This document shows, one piece after another, positions 25,561 to 39,596 of a DNA stretch of 64,000 nucleotides (position 1 is its first letter; every line of letters starts with the position of its first letter). Source of the stretch: Octopus vulgaris (taxonomy: Eukaryota); assembly GCA_951406725.2 (NCBI GenBank), contig OX597814.1:81034001-81098000 (forward strand), given 5' to 3'. The notes under the pieces are model-generated. The model ran no database searches, had not been told where the DNA came from, and worked only from the letters and a program-made list of their open reading frames with translations. The position numbers and the translations under genes are program-made.

Positions 25561-26449
25561 TATATATATATATACACATACACACACACACACACATATC
25601 TGTATATGTTTTGCTTACGTTCATTTTTGTCCAAGTAGATTTCACCTATTCCCTGTCCAAGTCCCATAAAATAAATGTCAGACAAAGTAGTGAGTAGGTG
25701 ATGGAGTTGGTGTAATCAATAAAAAAGAGGGAAAAAAAACATTGAGGGTAGTGTTATGGTATAGCCACAGTTCAATGAATGAAACTAGTTAAAAAAATAA
25801 ACAAATCCTGCTTCATGTAAGGATGTTTAGGCGGTGGGTGGAGGAAGTTGAAATGAAATGAAGTAGACAAACAAACAAATAAAAAAACAAACAAAGGGAA
25901 TAAAGGAAATGGTGGTGGGGTAATGAAAGGGAAATGGTAATAAAAGAAATGTTATGAATAACAGATTGGCTTTCTATAAGTATGTTATCAGAAAGGTTAT
26001 CATAAATACAAAATGAAAGCAGATTAGATTGCAAAATATTCATTCACACAAACATGAATGCACACCTTTATTATTTGTTTAGGTGTGGGTGTATGTAGGT
26101 ATGTTACGTGTAAGTATGTGTGTGTGTGGGGGGGTTCTATGTATTTATAAGTGAAAAAAAATAATAAACAGAATCCAAGGAGACTGGTGGTAAGTCTGCG
26201 TTGGAAAAAATTGTATTTATTAGTATGAAAGGAAAATTACTCAAGTTGATATATCATCTTGGGAACAAATCAAATATGTGTATGTGTGTGTACACACTCT
26301 CACATGCATACAAATACACATGTATACTTAAGCATATATCCTCATATATATAATGTAGTACTGTGATAAAAAGATCAACAAAAAAGTACTCCATCTGGTG
26401 ATATATATATGTATATTCATATGAGAGAGATAGGTGTGTTGTTTGTTTT

Positions 26450-26663
26450 TATAGTCAGTTATAATAAAAACAATTTTACATTAATTCGATGAGTTACTCT
26501 ATACTTTTGTAGAGAAAGAATTTATTATTCTTAAAAATATTATTGAAATATTGACAGACAGTGACTTCGAAGTTTTGGCCAGTTAAACCATTGTTGGACA
26601 GTTTGCCATGGCTCATCTGGCCAAAACTTCAAAGTCACTGTCAATAATATTCTTGTTTAAGAA
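26450..26663. mobile_element. Fold-back element with hammerhead-like motifs (copy 2, inverted)
   Basis: gacagtgacttcgaagttttggcc...ggccaaaacttcaaagtcactgtc; stem I gacagt/actgtc is perfectly complementary. Confidence 0.7.
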
Positions 26664-27153
26664 CATATATATTATTCATATTTAGTGATGCATACTTACA
26701 TAAACATAAAGGTATATAGATTAATATTAGTATGTGCAGAGTAGCTTGTATGATACACATGCCTTGGCTACAAAGTTTTTCCCAAACCAATTTCTGTTTA
26801 GAAACAAAACACAATAATGTAATAAAGCTTTAATAATTTTTTTATCGTATATTAACATAGATGCAGGCATGGCTGTGTGGTAAAAAGCTTATTTTCCAAC
26901 CACATGGTTCAGGGTTCAGTCTCTGTGTGTGACACCTTGGGCAAATGTCTCCTACTATGGCCCCAGGCCAACCAAAACCTTGTGAGTGGATTTGGTAGAG
27001 GGACTCTGAAAGAAGCTCATTATATATATATAATAAGTGTGTATCTTTGTGTCTGTATTTGTTCTTCACCACTGCTTGTCAACCGGTGATGACTGATACA
27101 AGTAAAAGATATTTTATATAAAATGAAATATTAAAAACTGATTTTGTTTTATA

Positions 27154-27188
<35 letters not shown>

Positions 27189-27744
27189 TGTCCACTCTGC
27201 TGTTAGGAAGAGCATCCAGCTGTAAAATTCCTGCCAAAACATTCACAGAAGTCTGGTGCAGGCTTCTGCCTGACCGGCTCTTGTAAAACTGTCCCACCCA
27301 TGTAAGCATCAACAACGATGATGATATCTATTGTGTATTAATGAGTTTTGTTGTTGTGTGTGTTTGTTCATTTATGTTTATTCATTTGTTGTTTCGTTAA
27401 TGATAATTTGTTTGTTATATATTTTATATATTTTTGTAATAATATATTGTAGAAAAAATACAAAAAACAAAACAAGACAAGATGAGAATGAGTAAAGAAT
27501 GAAAATAAAAATGGTGGACAGAATCAATCATAATAGGATATTCTTGGAATAATTTCTTAAAATTGAATAACTTTGTATGTCAAAGGGAGATGTGCCTGGC
27601 CCAAAATATTAAAAATAACCTTACATCACGCTACAAAACCTTATTGAATTTATGGAATTTTATTAACTTATTTGTGAAAAAGATGAACTCCAGCAATATT
27701 TTTTCTCCTTTTTTTTGTTGTTATTTTTTTAATGATTTTGTCAG

Positions 27745-27839
27745 AAGACAAACAACAGTGCCCATAACCTTCCTCTATCCTGTGAGACTGGATCCACTTG
27801 GGAATGGTGGAAAAATAGTACATTGCATGGACTGCTGCT
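27745..27839 (+). other. Candidate internal exon
   Basis: Long T-rich tract and ttttgtcag acceptor; donor GCT|gtaaga; unique, more GC-balanced sequence. Two frames are open (KTNNSAHNLPLSC... or RQTTVPITFLYPVRLDPLGNGGKIVHCMDCC). Confidence 0.45.
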
Positions 27840-28436
27840 GTAAGAATCAGCAGCAGCATCCTCTGACTTGGGGATGTGGTCTAAATATTGACAACAGAAT
27901 GGTCTCTGCCAAAGGCTATAAGCACTTAAAGCAGTCAGTTAATGTACACACCAATGGCTGTATGATTAAGAAGCTTGCTATCCAACCATATGGTCTTGGG
28001 TTCATTCCCACCGCTTGGCACCTTGGGCAAATGCCCTCTATTGTAATCTTGAATCAAACAAAGCCTTGTGAATGGATTAGGTATGAAAACTGAAAAAAGC
28101 CCATTGTGTATTTATTTGTGTGTGTCTGTTTGCACCCTTATCTAGATGCCACATGATGGTCGTAAACGAGCATCATTGTCATACAAGTGAGCTTGTTTGT
28201 TTCCAGTTTTCTGTGAAAAACATATTTGATTATGGGAAAATATTATCTTGCTTGAAAACAGGTAAAACATAGAAAATCTGCTTCAATATGGGGCAAGTAT
28301 TACCATGGTTGGAAACAGGTATGGGTTGGCAATAGAAAGGGCATATGGACATAAAAAATGTGCTTCAGCAAATTCCATCAGACCCATGCAAGCATGGAAA
28401 ATTAGATGTTAAATTATGATGATGACTTGAAAGATT

Positions 28437-28939
28437 CTTTGATTAAAATACTAGTGTGCATAATATATGTAATGTATATGCAAATATGGAATGGCACTAG
28501 CTGTAATATATTGTCTCAGAGAAACATCTTGAAGAGACTTGTATGCTAAAAGACACAGAGCCTTGCTCAGAATGCTTGTAGATTTGCCGGACATTGTTTT
28601 AGCTTGATTAGGTCTCCTTAGTGACAAATACCCTGAATGTTCTGGACTAAGCCAATAATATTAGTTCTGACATGATAACCAAAATTGCTTTGTTTACTGA
28701 TTTCTATATTGGATCATGCATTGTTGACTTCATTCAGAACGTCTGGGGTATTTGTCACTGAGGAGACCTAATCAGATTGAAATACCATGTCTGGTAATTC
28801 ACCAGCATTCTGAGTAAAGCTCTACATTTTTAACAAGCAATTGTCTTTGAGATGTCTTTCCAAGACAAAATATTACAGTTTGTACTGTATATTCTATACA
28901 TGTTATAAATGTAATACACTCTAGTATTTTAACCTAAAG
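28437..28939. mobile_element. ~500-bp diverged inverted repeat with a hammerhead motif in each arm
   Basis: Arms ~28437-28660 and ~28720-28939. Plus strand 28751-28799 reads tttgtca-CTGAGGA-gacct-aatc-agatt-GAAA-taccat-GTC-tggtaat. Confidence 0.8.
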
Positions 28940-30069
28940 CAATATTTCTTGTAGAGAGTTGGTCTGTGACAGGTAAATAGCAATGTTTTTTTTTAAATAA
29001 GATGGTTTTAAGGTTTCTAAAATTATTTAGCATCATAATAAAGAAGAATTATGCAAACTATCTATTCTTCTCGTTAATAAAGAGTTTTTTTTTAGTAGTG
29101 GTGGTGGGGTGTCACAAACTTCTTTTTCTTTTGTTAGGTACTGCCTAGTTTTTGTCAATGACCTAAAAGTGTGATGGTGTTAGTATTAAACTGCACAACA
29201 GATTAGGCCCTCTGTTTAGTGCAGGGCCCAATTTGAACACAAATCTGTATAAGTAGCTTAAAACCAGTTCTCCTCCCATGGAGCAAGCTTTCTAGGCCTG
29301 CTCAATCAGGGCAGATGTAGAGATAAACAACATCATGAACAGTAAATTATCTTCCAAGCACACTTGCTAGATGGAAGTTCAGCAAACTGACAAAGCACTC
29401 AGCTAGTTTATAATGCTACTGGTATCTACAGCAGTAAATATTCTTTGCAGTAACTATTTGAGGTAGATGAAGCAGACTTCTGGATATTAAGTGTATTGGT
29501 CTCTAATCTCTAATCTGGCAACAGATTAGTAACTGCTGACTTTTTGGCTGGTCACTACTGGGTATTCTGTATACCTGGCTAACATCAATCCACTAATTGT
29601 TTATAGAAAATCATTGAAATTAATATCAATGATGACATTAACACTAATTACTCTTAATTAGTTTTATCAAAGGGCTCCAGGTGGCGAGTAGAAAGTACTT
29701 CTAAGTGTATCTGAATTAACTACCTCCGCATAGGTCCAGCTCACACATTCCACATTAATGTAGAAACCCATATATAGTCACTCAACCTGTTAGAAATAGC
29801 AGCCAAATCTCCCTCAATTCCACACCTTGTTATTTTAGAGGAAATCATGTTGAATATGTCAATCTCACATTCTCAACATGTAAATGAAAGAAAAGTTGGT
29901 CAGGGCTGGAATACTGTTGATCATAGTGTTTCTTGATCAGAACTGACCTGGAGTAAAATATCATAATTATCATCAACTATTATCTAAATTCTGCCTTCTC
30001 TTACTTAAAGGAGTTGGTTGTGATTTGAATGGAATAAAAAGGATATATTTGGGGAGGTGGGGCAATGTA

Positions 30070-31336
30070 TCAGGTCATCAAGTATGAAAGTTGTAGAAAG
30101 GAAAAAAATTTTGCTCATGTATGAATACAAGGGATAGTTTTATTCATCAAAATATGCATCCATATTGTCAATACACTTTTGCCATTTCAGCAGTAGCTTG
30201 TCCAGCCCGTAACTGTAAAAGCCAATCTTGGAAGGCCTGTTTTACAGCATCGTTGGCATTAAATTTTTTTCCTATCAAAAAGTTATCCAAATTCTGGAAG
30301 AAGTGGTAGTCAGTGGGAGCAAGATCATGTATGGTGGATGATGGAGACTTCCAGTCCAACTCCTGTAGTTTCGCCAATGTCATTTTTGCAATGTGTGGTC
30401 TGGTATTGTCTTTCAAAAAGGTAGGAGTGGATCTGTTGACTAATCTAGGCTGGTTTTTTTTTTTTTTTTGTAAGTTTCTGCATCATTAGGTCTAGTTGGC
30501 TGCAGTATACTTTGACCGTGATTGATGAGCCAGGTATAATGAAATCATAATGGATCACAACTACACCAGATCACCAAACACACACCATCAACTTCTTTTG
30601 ATGAATTTTACTTTTTGGACTGTGTTTTGGTGGCTCATCTTTGTCTGACCATTGTGCTGAATATTTACAGTTGTTGTATTGGATCCATTTCTCATCACAT
30701 GTTACAATTCAATTCAAAAATGATTCATTTTTGCGACAAGAAAGTGGCAAAATGCAGGATTCCAAACGTTGCTGTTTCTGATTTTTGTTGAATTCATGTG
30801 AAACTCACTTATCCAACTTTTTCAATTTACCGATTTGAACTATGTGAGTCAATATTGTTTGCTTGCTAATACCAAACAACAACGATAATTCACGGGCACT
30901 TTGAGATGGATCTGACTCAATAGTGGCTTTCAGTTTGTCAATATCCACCTTTGTTTCTGGTCGACCATGTTGCTCATTTGTGAGGTCAAAGTTACCAGAA
31001 CGAAATTTTGCAAACCAGTTTGATACTGTCTGCTGTGTAATAACATTAGAATGAAATACTTCATTAATATTCCAAGCGGTCTGTGATGCTGTATTTCTCA
31101 GAAAGAACTCATATTTCAAAACTGTATAAATTTCCAACTTATCCGTCTCTAAACAAAAATAGCAAAAAACAAATTATAAATACTTTATAAAATGCAAAAT
31201 GAGTTAGAATAATGAAATAGATGTGTCAGTTTTCCAACAAAAAATAATTGTTGTCAAAATATAATAATGGCACAAAATGAGCAGCTGTTAAAGTTTACCA
31301 TGTACCTTACTACAAATTTCATGCTTGACGACCTAA
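30070..31336 (-). mobile_element. Mariner (DD34D, cecropia/Hsmar1-like) transposon, decayed
   Basis: 27-bp TIRs tcaggtcatcaagtatgaaagttgtag / ctacaaatttcatgcttgacgacctaa with TA TSDs. HTH region NWFAKFRSGNFDL..GRP; catalytic DNTRPH and DLAPTDYHFFQNLDNFL. Confidence 0.95.
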
Positions 31337-32098
31337 TAATTGACAACAATCACACAACTGTGTGGTTGAAAAGTTCACTTTGCAACCACATAGTTTTCTG
31401 TTCAGTCCAACTGCATGGTACCCTAGGCAAACATCTTCTATTGTAGAACCAGGCTGACCTAATCCTTGTGAATGGATTTGATACATGGAAACTGAGGCTC
31501 ACACATGTACTTTATTTTCCTTGATACAATTGCACTTCTCCAAAAATTGGTTTCAAATGTAGGCACAAGGCCAGCAATTTAGGAGGAAGGAGTTACGTCA
31601 ATTACATTGGCACTAATACTCAGCTGATACTTAATTTTACTCTAAAAGGATGAAAATTAAAGTCAACCTCAGCAGAATTTGAACTCAGACTGTAAAAACA
31701 GACAAAATGCCACTTAGCAGAATTATAAACATGCTAACAATTCTGCTAATTCCTCAAAATTGCAGTGACATTGTTGTCATTTCTGTTGTCAGCAAATCAT
31801 CTGCTGGATTTGCATCTTTAAAGATTTGGAGATAAGTGATCCCTTACTTGAGAAACATGTAAGGCTTGTTTATAAGAAGAGCATCTGGTTGTGCCTGAAA
31901 AAATAAACCTGTCTAACCCATGCTAGCATCAATTAAACAGACATAAAACTAACAAATAGGTGAACAATGACATGCATACACATGCTCATACACACACACA
32001 TGAACTCAAAAGCTCATATACACTCACACATACATGCACTCACACTCACACTTATGCACACTCACACTGTGGCTACCAACCGTTGACTTTCTGCCCAG

Positions 32099-32125
32099 TC
32101 AAGAAGAAATCAATATTATTGAGTG
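32099..32125 (+). other. Candidate 27-nt micro-exon
   Basis: ttgactttctgcccag|TCAAGAAGAAATCAATATTATTGAGTG|gtaaga; frame-preserving length; local CpG retention downstream. Confidence 0.35.
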
Positions 32126-33384
32126 GTAAGATAAAGGGAAGGTCAATATACAAGCCGCAATAATTTTGCAGCGAACATGGTGTGTGGGTTTGGATGAATG
32201 TTTGTTAAGAAGCAAACCTTTTGGTTTATTTATACTGCCTATCCAACAGAACGATTTGCCGTAGATAATAGAAAATATATATATGTAAAATGGAAAAAAA
32301 GAGAAAATGCTATTTATAAATCATATCTGGCTTAAAACATTCATTAGATTTTCTCATTATTTTGTTCTCTACAAACATGAAGTTTAATATACGCTTATAT
32401 CTCTGTTGTGGGTGGGTGGGTATGTATGTGTGATTGATAGAATAAGCACCAGGCTTAGAAAATAAATAAGTACAGGGATCAATTTATTTGATTAAATTTT
32501 TCAAGGTGCTGCCCCAGTATCTCTGCAGTTCAATGACTGAAGCAAGTACAAAATAAAAAGTTCTTGTAGGCTCATGGGCACTGGTGTCATGTATAAGTGC
32601 CAGTGCCACATAAGTGCACTCAATACACTATGTAAAGTGTTGGCAATAGAAAAGGCATCTAGCTGTAGAAACCATGCTGAAACACATGAATCTCAGGCAG
32701 CTTCTTATTTCTTTACTGCCCACAAGGGGCTACACACAGAGGTGACAAACAAGGACAGACATGGATTAAGTCGATTATATTGACCCCAGTGCATAACTGG
32801 TACTTATTTAATTGACCCCGAAAGGGGAAAGTCAAAGTAAACCTTGGCGGAATTTGAACTCAGAATAAAGCAACAGACAAAATACCACTAAGCATTTCGC
32901 CCTACGTGCTAACATTTCTGCCAGCTCGCCTCCTTCTCAGTCAGCTTCTGTCAAACCATCCAACCTATGCTAGCATAGAAAAACAGACATTAAATGATGA
33001 TGATTATCTATATACACATGCACGCACACACACACACACACACACATGCACACATAAAAATACACAAATACAAGCATATAGGTTTCACCATCATCATCCC
33101 TCACCCTTGTCATTTTACATCAGTTTTTCCATGTTGGAAAAGGCTTGGTTGGATTGTCATGCTCCATATAATATTATTGCTGTTTACATTTTACTCTATC
33201 GACTGTGAACTTTAATCATGCTACCAGTACCAGCAACATTGTTCCATGAAAGAAGACATAAAAAATATCTACCCTGTATCAGTTCTTATTTAGACTGACT
33301 TCACTCCTAGAAAAGTAACTGGTGATTCAGCCTTCTCTGTCTTGTCTTGCTCATATATATATTGTGTATAAGTGTGTGTGTGTA

Positions 33385-33725
33385 AGGGATAAAGACCCCC
33401 TTCAATCATGAATGACCATGGCATTGCACCTAGAAAGTTCCCCTCCAAGGCACAAGTTTTGGCAAGGCTGTTTATGGAAGATCAACAGTTGCTCATTCAT
33501 ACCCACCATCCATTTCCATGCCACTGATGTTATCCAAGGGAAAAGCAAAGGCCTATACAGTTTGTTGGCACTAGTAACATCACAACTCATTACTACAGCT
33601 GAGAAAACTGGAGCAACATGAAATAAAGTGTCTTGCTCAAGAAAACACCACACAGCCCAGTCTGGGAATCAGACTCACTACTTCATGATTACGAGCCCAG
33701 TGCTCTAACCACTGAACCATGCACT
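33385..33725 (-). mobile_element. tRNA-derived CORE-type SINE (family F)
   Basis: Minus-strand head tggttcagtggttagagcactgggctc, then gtgttttcttgagcaagacactttatttcatgttgctccag; 3' half distinct from family E. Confidence 0.7.
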
Positions 33726-33993
33726 TTCAAGCACACACACACACACATGAAAAAAAATCTCATATCTGCTCAGTGCTGCACCCAGTCAGATTCTCAGATG
33801 TATTTCTAGCTCTTTAGCTATTATCAATGGGAAATATTGAAGAGAAGGGCTTACACCTTTTACTATAAGAGAATTATTTTTCTCTCCACTGTAACTACTG
33901 TGAATTTATCTTTAAAGTTGAAATATGTCACAAACATATTTTAACTAACCTAAAGTTCACTTATGCCTAAACACTGTTTGGTGTTCATACTGC

Positions 33994-34048
<55 letters not shown>

Positions 34049-34217
34049 ATGTGTGTGTGTGTGTGTGTGTGTATCTCAGCATCATTTAACATCCACTTTT
34101 TCATGCTTATGAGGGTCACACAGAACGTGTTGAAGCAGATTTTCTGTTGCTGCTGGATACCTTTCTCGTCATCAACCCTCGCCTGTTCTCAAATGAAGTA
34201 GTATTTCTCCATGTCCT

Positions 34218-34443
34218 AAGGTGGTGAGCTGGCAGAATCACTAGTATACCAGACAAAATGCTGAGCAACATTTCATTCGTTTTTACATTCTGAGTTCAAA
34301 CTCTGCTGAGGTCAACTTTGTACTTCCATAAGTACCAGTACTCAACTTGTACTTCCATAAGTGCAAGTTGAGAACTGGGGTCAATGTAATCAACTTGTGC
34401 CCACCCCTGAAATTGCTGGCGTTGTGCCAAAATGTGAAACCAA
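34218..34443 (+). mobile_element. SINE family B with 16-bp TSD, nested in another repeat
   Basis: Head aaggtggtgagctggcagaa, B-box gagttcaaa, tail gtgccaaaatgtgaaaccaa. TSD tatttctccatgYcct at 34202-34217 and 34444-34459. Confidence 0.88.
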
Positions 34444-35188
34444 TATTTCTCCATGCCCTGATATGCTTTCACAGAAGATTGGAAATATATGATACCTCCT
34501 GAATGATGTCAATGTATGAAACTATCACATAATGTCAAGACAAACTATCACAAATGCATGCATTCACGCAATTACATATACACGTACTACATGTGTGTGT
34601 GTGTGTCCATGTATTGCATTAATGCTTAATCACTATAAAAATATACTTGTTGAATTTAAAATCTCTATTATTTGGCATAGGATTAAATTAAACTCCAATA
34701 TATTATTTCAATGCAATATCCATAACAACCATGTGTTTGCATAGAGTTTAAATTGGCTAAAATAAATGTTCAGGGCAAAATATTTAAAAAAAAATACACA
34801 CACATGCCTACACACACACATGCATACACACATGTATATACTCTTTTACTTGTTTCAGTCATTAGACTACAGCTATGCTGGGGCATCACCTTGAGGAATT
34901 TTAGTCAAACTAGTTGACCTCAGTATTTATTTTCTTTTTAAGCCTAGTACTTATTATATTAGTCACTTTTGCCAAACTGCTAAGTTACAGGATTTAAAGA
35001 CACCAACAAGGTGTTTTCAAGTGGTGGTGGGCAACAAACACTGACACAAAGACATGTACACACACACACACACACATGATGAGCTTCTGTCTCTTTTTGT
35101 CTACCAAATCTACTCACAAAGCCTTGGTCGGCCCAAGGTGCCATGGAGTGGGAGTAAACCTGGAACCATGTGGTTGGAAAGAAAACTT

Positions 35189-35226
<38 letters not shown>

Positions 35227-35450
35227 CATATATATATATATACATGAAACTGGGTTCCATACAGTTTCTGTCAAGCAATTGTTCTCACAAGACATTGGCC
35301 ACGCCAAGGCTGCTCTTGAAGGCACTTGTGCAAGGTACTATTTCATGAAATAGAACTCATAGTTGCAGAATCAGCTTTGTACCCACACAACCATAACCTG
35401 CACCTATGCACACACGTGTGTATGTCTATGTGCATATGCATGTGTGTGCT

Positions 35451-35495
<45 letters not shown>

Positions 35496-35548
35496 TTGTG
35501 TATATATATACACATATATATAATGTTTGTGACAATAAATGAGAAAAG

Positions 35549-35620
<72 letters not shown>

Positions 35621-37420
35621 TGCACATACTTTTATTGCACTCACTTTGTCTCCACCTTTCTCTTTCTCTCTTCATCTTTCTGATGCCATGTCTAGTGTCT
35701 TGTACCCTTGAATTTGTGTTTCTTTTTTTATTGTTGCGTTTGTCTTTCCCTTCTTTGCAAAGAGACCTTTGGCACATGTTCAAGTGAGAGCCAGTGTTTG
35801 TTTCATTGTCATAAAATAGATATCTCAATAACTACAAACTAATGTTACTTGTGAAGCTATTTATCTATAAAGAGGAAATACATAGTGTGTGCCTCCATAC
35901 CATACACTGTTCTGGATGGCCCTTTGCCAAGACACCGCTGCACTATTATGCTTCTTTCTGTACTTTTTGTGCTATTTTTTGTTTGTTGTTTTTCATTCAT
36001 TCATTGATATTTTGTTTTCTTTGTGCTAGATTTACTACTCCTTAAACTATGAGCAAGTGAGAAGAGTCTCTACATTGTGACTTGATCTGCTACAAATAGC
36101 AGCCAGATCTACTTGAGATTACATTGCATCTTCTAGATAAAGGAAGGTCACATTGAATGAATTTCTTCATCTCATGGATGATGATGTTGTTAAGAAGTCA
36201 CTTCCCAATAACAAAGTTTTGTGTTCAACCCCACTACATAGCATCCTGGGCCAGTGTCTTCTGCTGTAGCTCCAGGTCAAATATATATACATACATGTGT
36301 GTGTGCATGTGTCCATCCTTATTTTATGTTGCAAATATGCATCACTGTCATACAAGTGATATCTTTCATTTTTCCAATTTTCTATGAAAACATATCCGGC
36401 CACAGAGAAGTATTAGTTTCAGATTTTGGCACAAGGCCAGCAGTTTTGAGGGAGGTGGTATGTCAATTACGTCAACCTCAGTGTTCAACTGGTACTTACT
36501 TTATCGACCCCGAAAGGATGAAAGGCAAAGTCAATCTCAGTGGTATTTGAACTTGGAATGTGAAGATAGACAAAATATCACTAAGAATTTTGCCTTGTAG
36601 CTTGCTGCCTTCAGCCACAGAAAACAAACATAAAGGGTATCCAGCCATAGAAAAATCTCCCAAACCAAAATTCCATCTGATTCCTGCAAAGATGGAAAAG
36701 AGGATGATACAATGATGATGATGATGATGATGATTAAAAAGGTAGTTCTAACAGTTGGAATGTCTTTGTTCAATAAATGTTGACCTGAGACTAAGCAACA
36801 ACAACTAAATAGTAGTGTTGTCGTTTAGTTTTGGGTCAAACCCATGCTGTAAATCTCTAGCCTAAAGCAATCCAACTGTAACAACCATTCTGATTTTTGT
36901 TTATAGAGTGTATTTAGGACTCACTTTTTTCTATTTTAAACATTGGTTGCTATTTATAACAGGTCATGCAAATACAAAAATGCTCTTTCATTGTGTAACA
37001 TTCAACGTTAACATTAATTACATCTGACTGTCTACTTCATTATTTCGTGTGTTTGTGTGTAAACATAAATATAATTCATATCTATATAATATGTAAGAGT
37101 ATGTATTTGTGTGAATACATATGAATTTTATATCTATTCATTTGTGTGAGTTTTTGTCTATGTATAAACACATTTGCACGTGTGTGTATGTGTGTATTTC
37201 CCATTTCCTTCGGTGTAAACCTAATAATTATACTGTATTCGTTCTTGTCTTCCATGTTATTTTCATCATTAATTTTGCACCTACATGCACACATACAATA
37301 TATATGCTATCATGTTGATATTTTTGTTTTTATTTTTTCTCGTTTTGAATTTCACAAGTGAAACAGAGGTGCAACTGTAGCAATCAAATTTACATTAACT
37401 ATAATTACTCTGTCTTCTAG

Positions 37421-37481
37421 GTGTTGAAAACTCTGTTCTCTCTCAAGGCTTGGAGTTATTCTTGTCATGCTAACCAATATA
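37421..37481 (+). other. Candidate exon
   Basis: Acceptor ctctgtcttctag|GTGTTGAAAAC; the donor is weak and uncertain (AT|gtatat). Confidence 0.25.
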
Positions 37482-37743
37482 TGTATATGTATGTATGTAT
37501 TTATATATGTATGTATGTATGTATGTACTTAATCATATAAATATGTATATATGTTAAATTGACGTCATTATTTTAAAGCAAGTCTAAGACTAACAATGGA
37601 AATTTATTCATTGGGGGACTCAATACTGCAAGTGAAATGTATAATAAAATTCATGTTGATTGGTTCCTGAGGGCTTAATCAACTCATTAATTAGATGTCA
37701 GCTCAGTCAATACACACAAATGCATGCATATATACATGCATGA

Positions 37744-37791
<48 letters not shown>

Positions 37792-39384
37792 CATCATCAT
37801 CATGGATGTTAAATGATGATGATGTACATGAGTATATGTATACACATGTGTGTGTGTTTATGTAAATACATATGTATGTGTATTCATATATGAGGTTTTA
37901 TGTTCTGATGCATGGGGCCCTGACCACCCTTTCTCTCTCTTTCTTTCTCTCTCTCTCTCTTTCACTTACTCTCTCTCTCTCTTTCTCTTTCTTTCTCTCT
38001 TTCTCTCTCTCTGCCCTGTCACCCATCATTGCTCTGTCTATGGCACTAGTTGGCTGTTGTAATCCCCCTAGAGCAGAATGGGCATATTACAACCACCTAC
38101 CCACCCACCCACTCCCTTTCCTCTCAGAATCACTTCCATTTCTCATTATCATCCCTGACAACACCGTTTTCACCAATCACTTCCTTTTCTGACTTCAGCC
38201 ATTGCCCTCTTCTGCTATACTCTATTCTTAACACTTCTTATGTCTGCTATACACTCTCAATAACCTCTTACATCTGCCACCATATTCCACTTACTATATC
38301 TCCCTGAGTCACTCCTATATCTCTCACTATCACTCACTACATGCACCTCTATTCCATCTCCTTCTCTCTTCTGCTTTCTTTCCAGCTTTCCAATTATTCA
38401 GCCTTGTACCTTAATTACAAGCCACCTGGGCTAGTTCTTCCCTCACACTCTAACTTCTCAACACCTGGCATAAAACCATTACCCTCCTTCTGTCAAATAT
38501 CACCTCAACAAAGGGGTTTTTTTCCATTCTTTCTTTCCTCCCTTCCTTTTTTTTTTCTCCTTCCTGTTCTTTTCTTGCCTTGCAAGTTATTTGGCAACCT
38601 CACTCATGCTAGTGGCACAATAAAAACACCCAGTACACTTTATAAAGTGGTTGGCATTAGTGGGGGGGGGGGGGCATTCAGTTGTAGAAGCCAAGCCAAA
38701 ACCGAAATTAAGGCTCAACACAGCTTTATTGCTTGTCTGATCCTGTCAAACCATCAAACCCATGCAAGCATGGAAAATGGACATTAAATGATGATGAGTA
38801 TATGTTTATGTGTGTGTAATGTGCATAAGTGCAAACATTGAAGTCATTCTATTCTAATACAGAAGCTCCTGACAATAATGGAAATGCAGAAATAATGAAC
38901 ACTAGACTCAACTCTTTTACGATTTGTGCTTTATATACATTTTCTCAGAAAAATTGATAATGGACCGTTGATTTCAAAAGTTTAAATTTTCTCATTTGAT
39001 AGCACTTTACGTACAGAAATACTGATTTCAAATCTTCAAATTTTGGTGTAAGGCCAGCAAGTTCAGGGGAGGGGGCTAGTCAATTACATTGACACCATTA
39101 TTTAACTGGCACTTATTTTATGGACCCCATAAGGATGGAAGGCTAAGTCAACCTCAGTGGAATTTGAGCTTAGATGTAAAAGCAAACAAAATGCTGCCAA
39201 GCACTTTGCCAGCTTGCTACTTTCATGTACAGAAATATTAATTTTAATTGAAGTGACTTTGAGAAAACTCAGGATGCCACTGCCTAGTATTTTAAATCAC
39301 AAAAGCGAATAAAGAAACAAAAATGCAAGAAAATGTTATTGTGATGAAGGTGTTTTGTGAAAGACATACATTTCACTTAGTTAA

Positions 39385-39596
39385 CTATTTTGTTGCCAGA
39401 TTTCTACTTAGATACAATTCCTTCTTATCAATTTATTTAAAACACAATGAAGAATTTAGTAAAGCATCTTTTGTCATTATTAAGCTTGTGTTTAGCACAT
39501 AAATTGGTGGAAGTTTTTAATCCAGACAACTTTTAAACAGCAAGTTTGCATTGTATATAACCAGAAGTGGTCTCAGGCAATTTGGTAGGAAAAGTG
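39385..39596. mobile_element. piggyBac-like MITE
   Basis: TTAA at 39381-39384 and 39597-39600; imperfect TIRs ctattttgttgcca / tggtaggaaaagtg; partial homolog at ~60710-60815. Confidence 0.6.

Noticed and set aside
27563-28093. 176-aa ORF as a single-exon gene
   Set aside because: It spans a T-rich intron-like tract and runs into a SINE; only 27745-27839 is exon-like.
30805-31137. SETMAR-like host gene
   Set aside because: No SET domain; it is a TIR-bounded mariner with stops.
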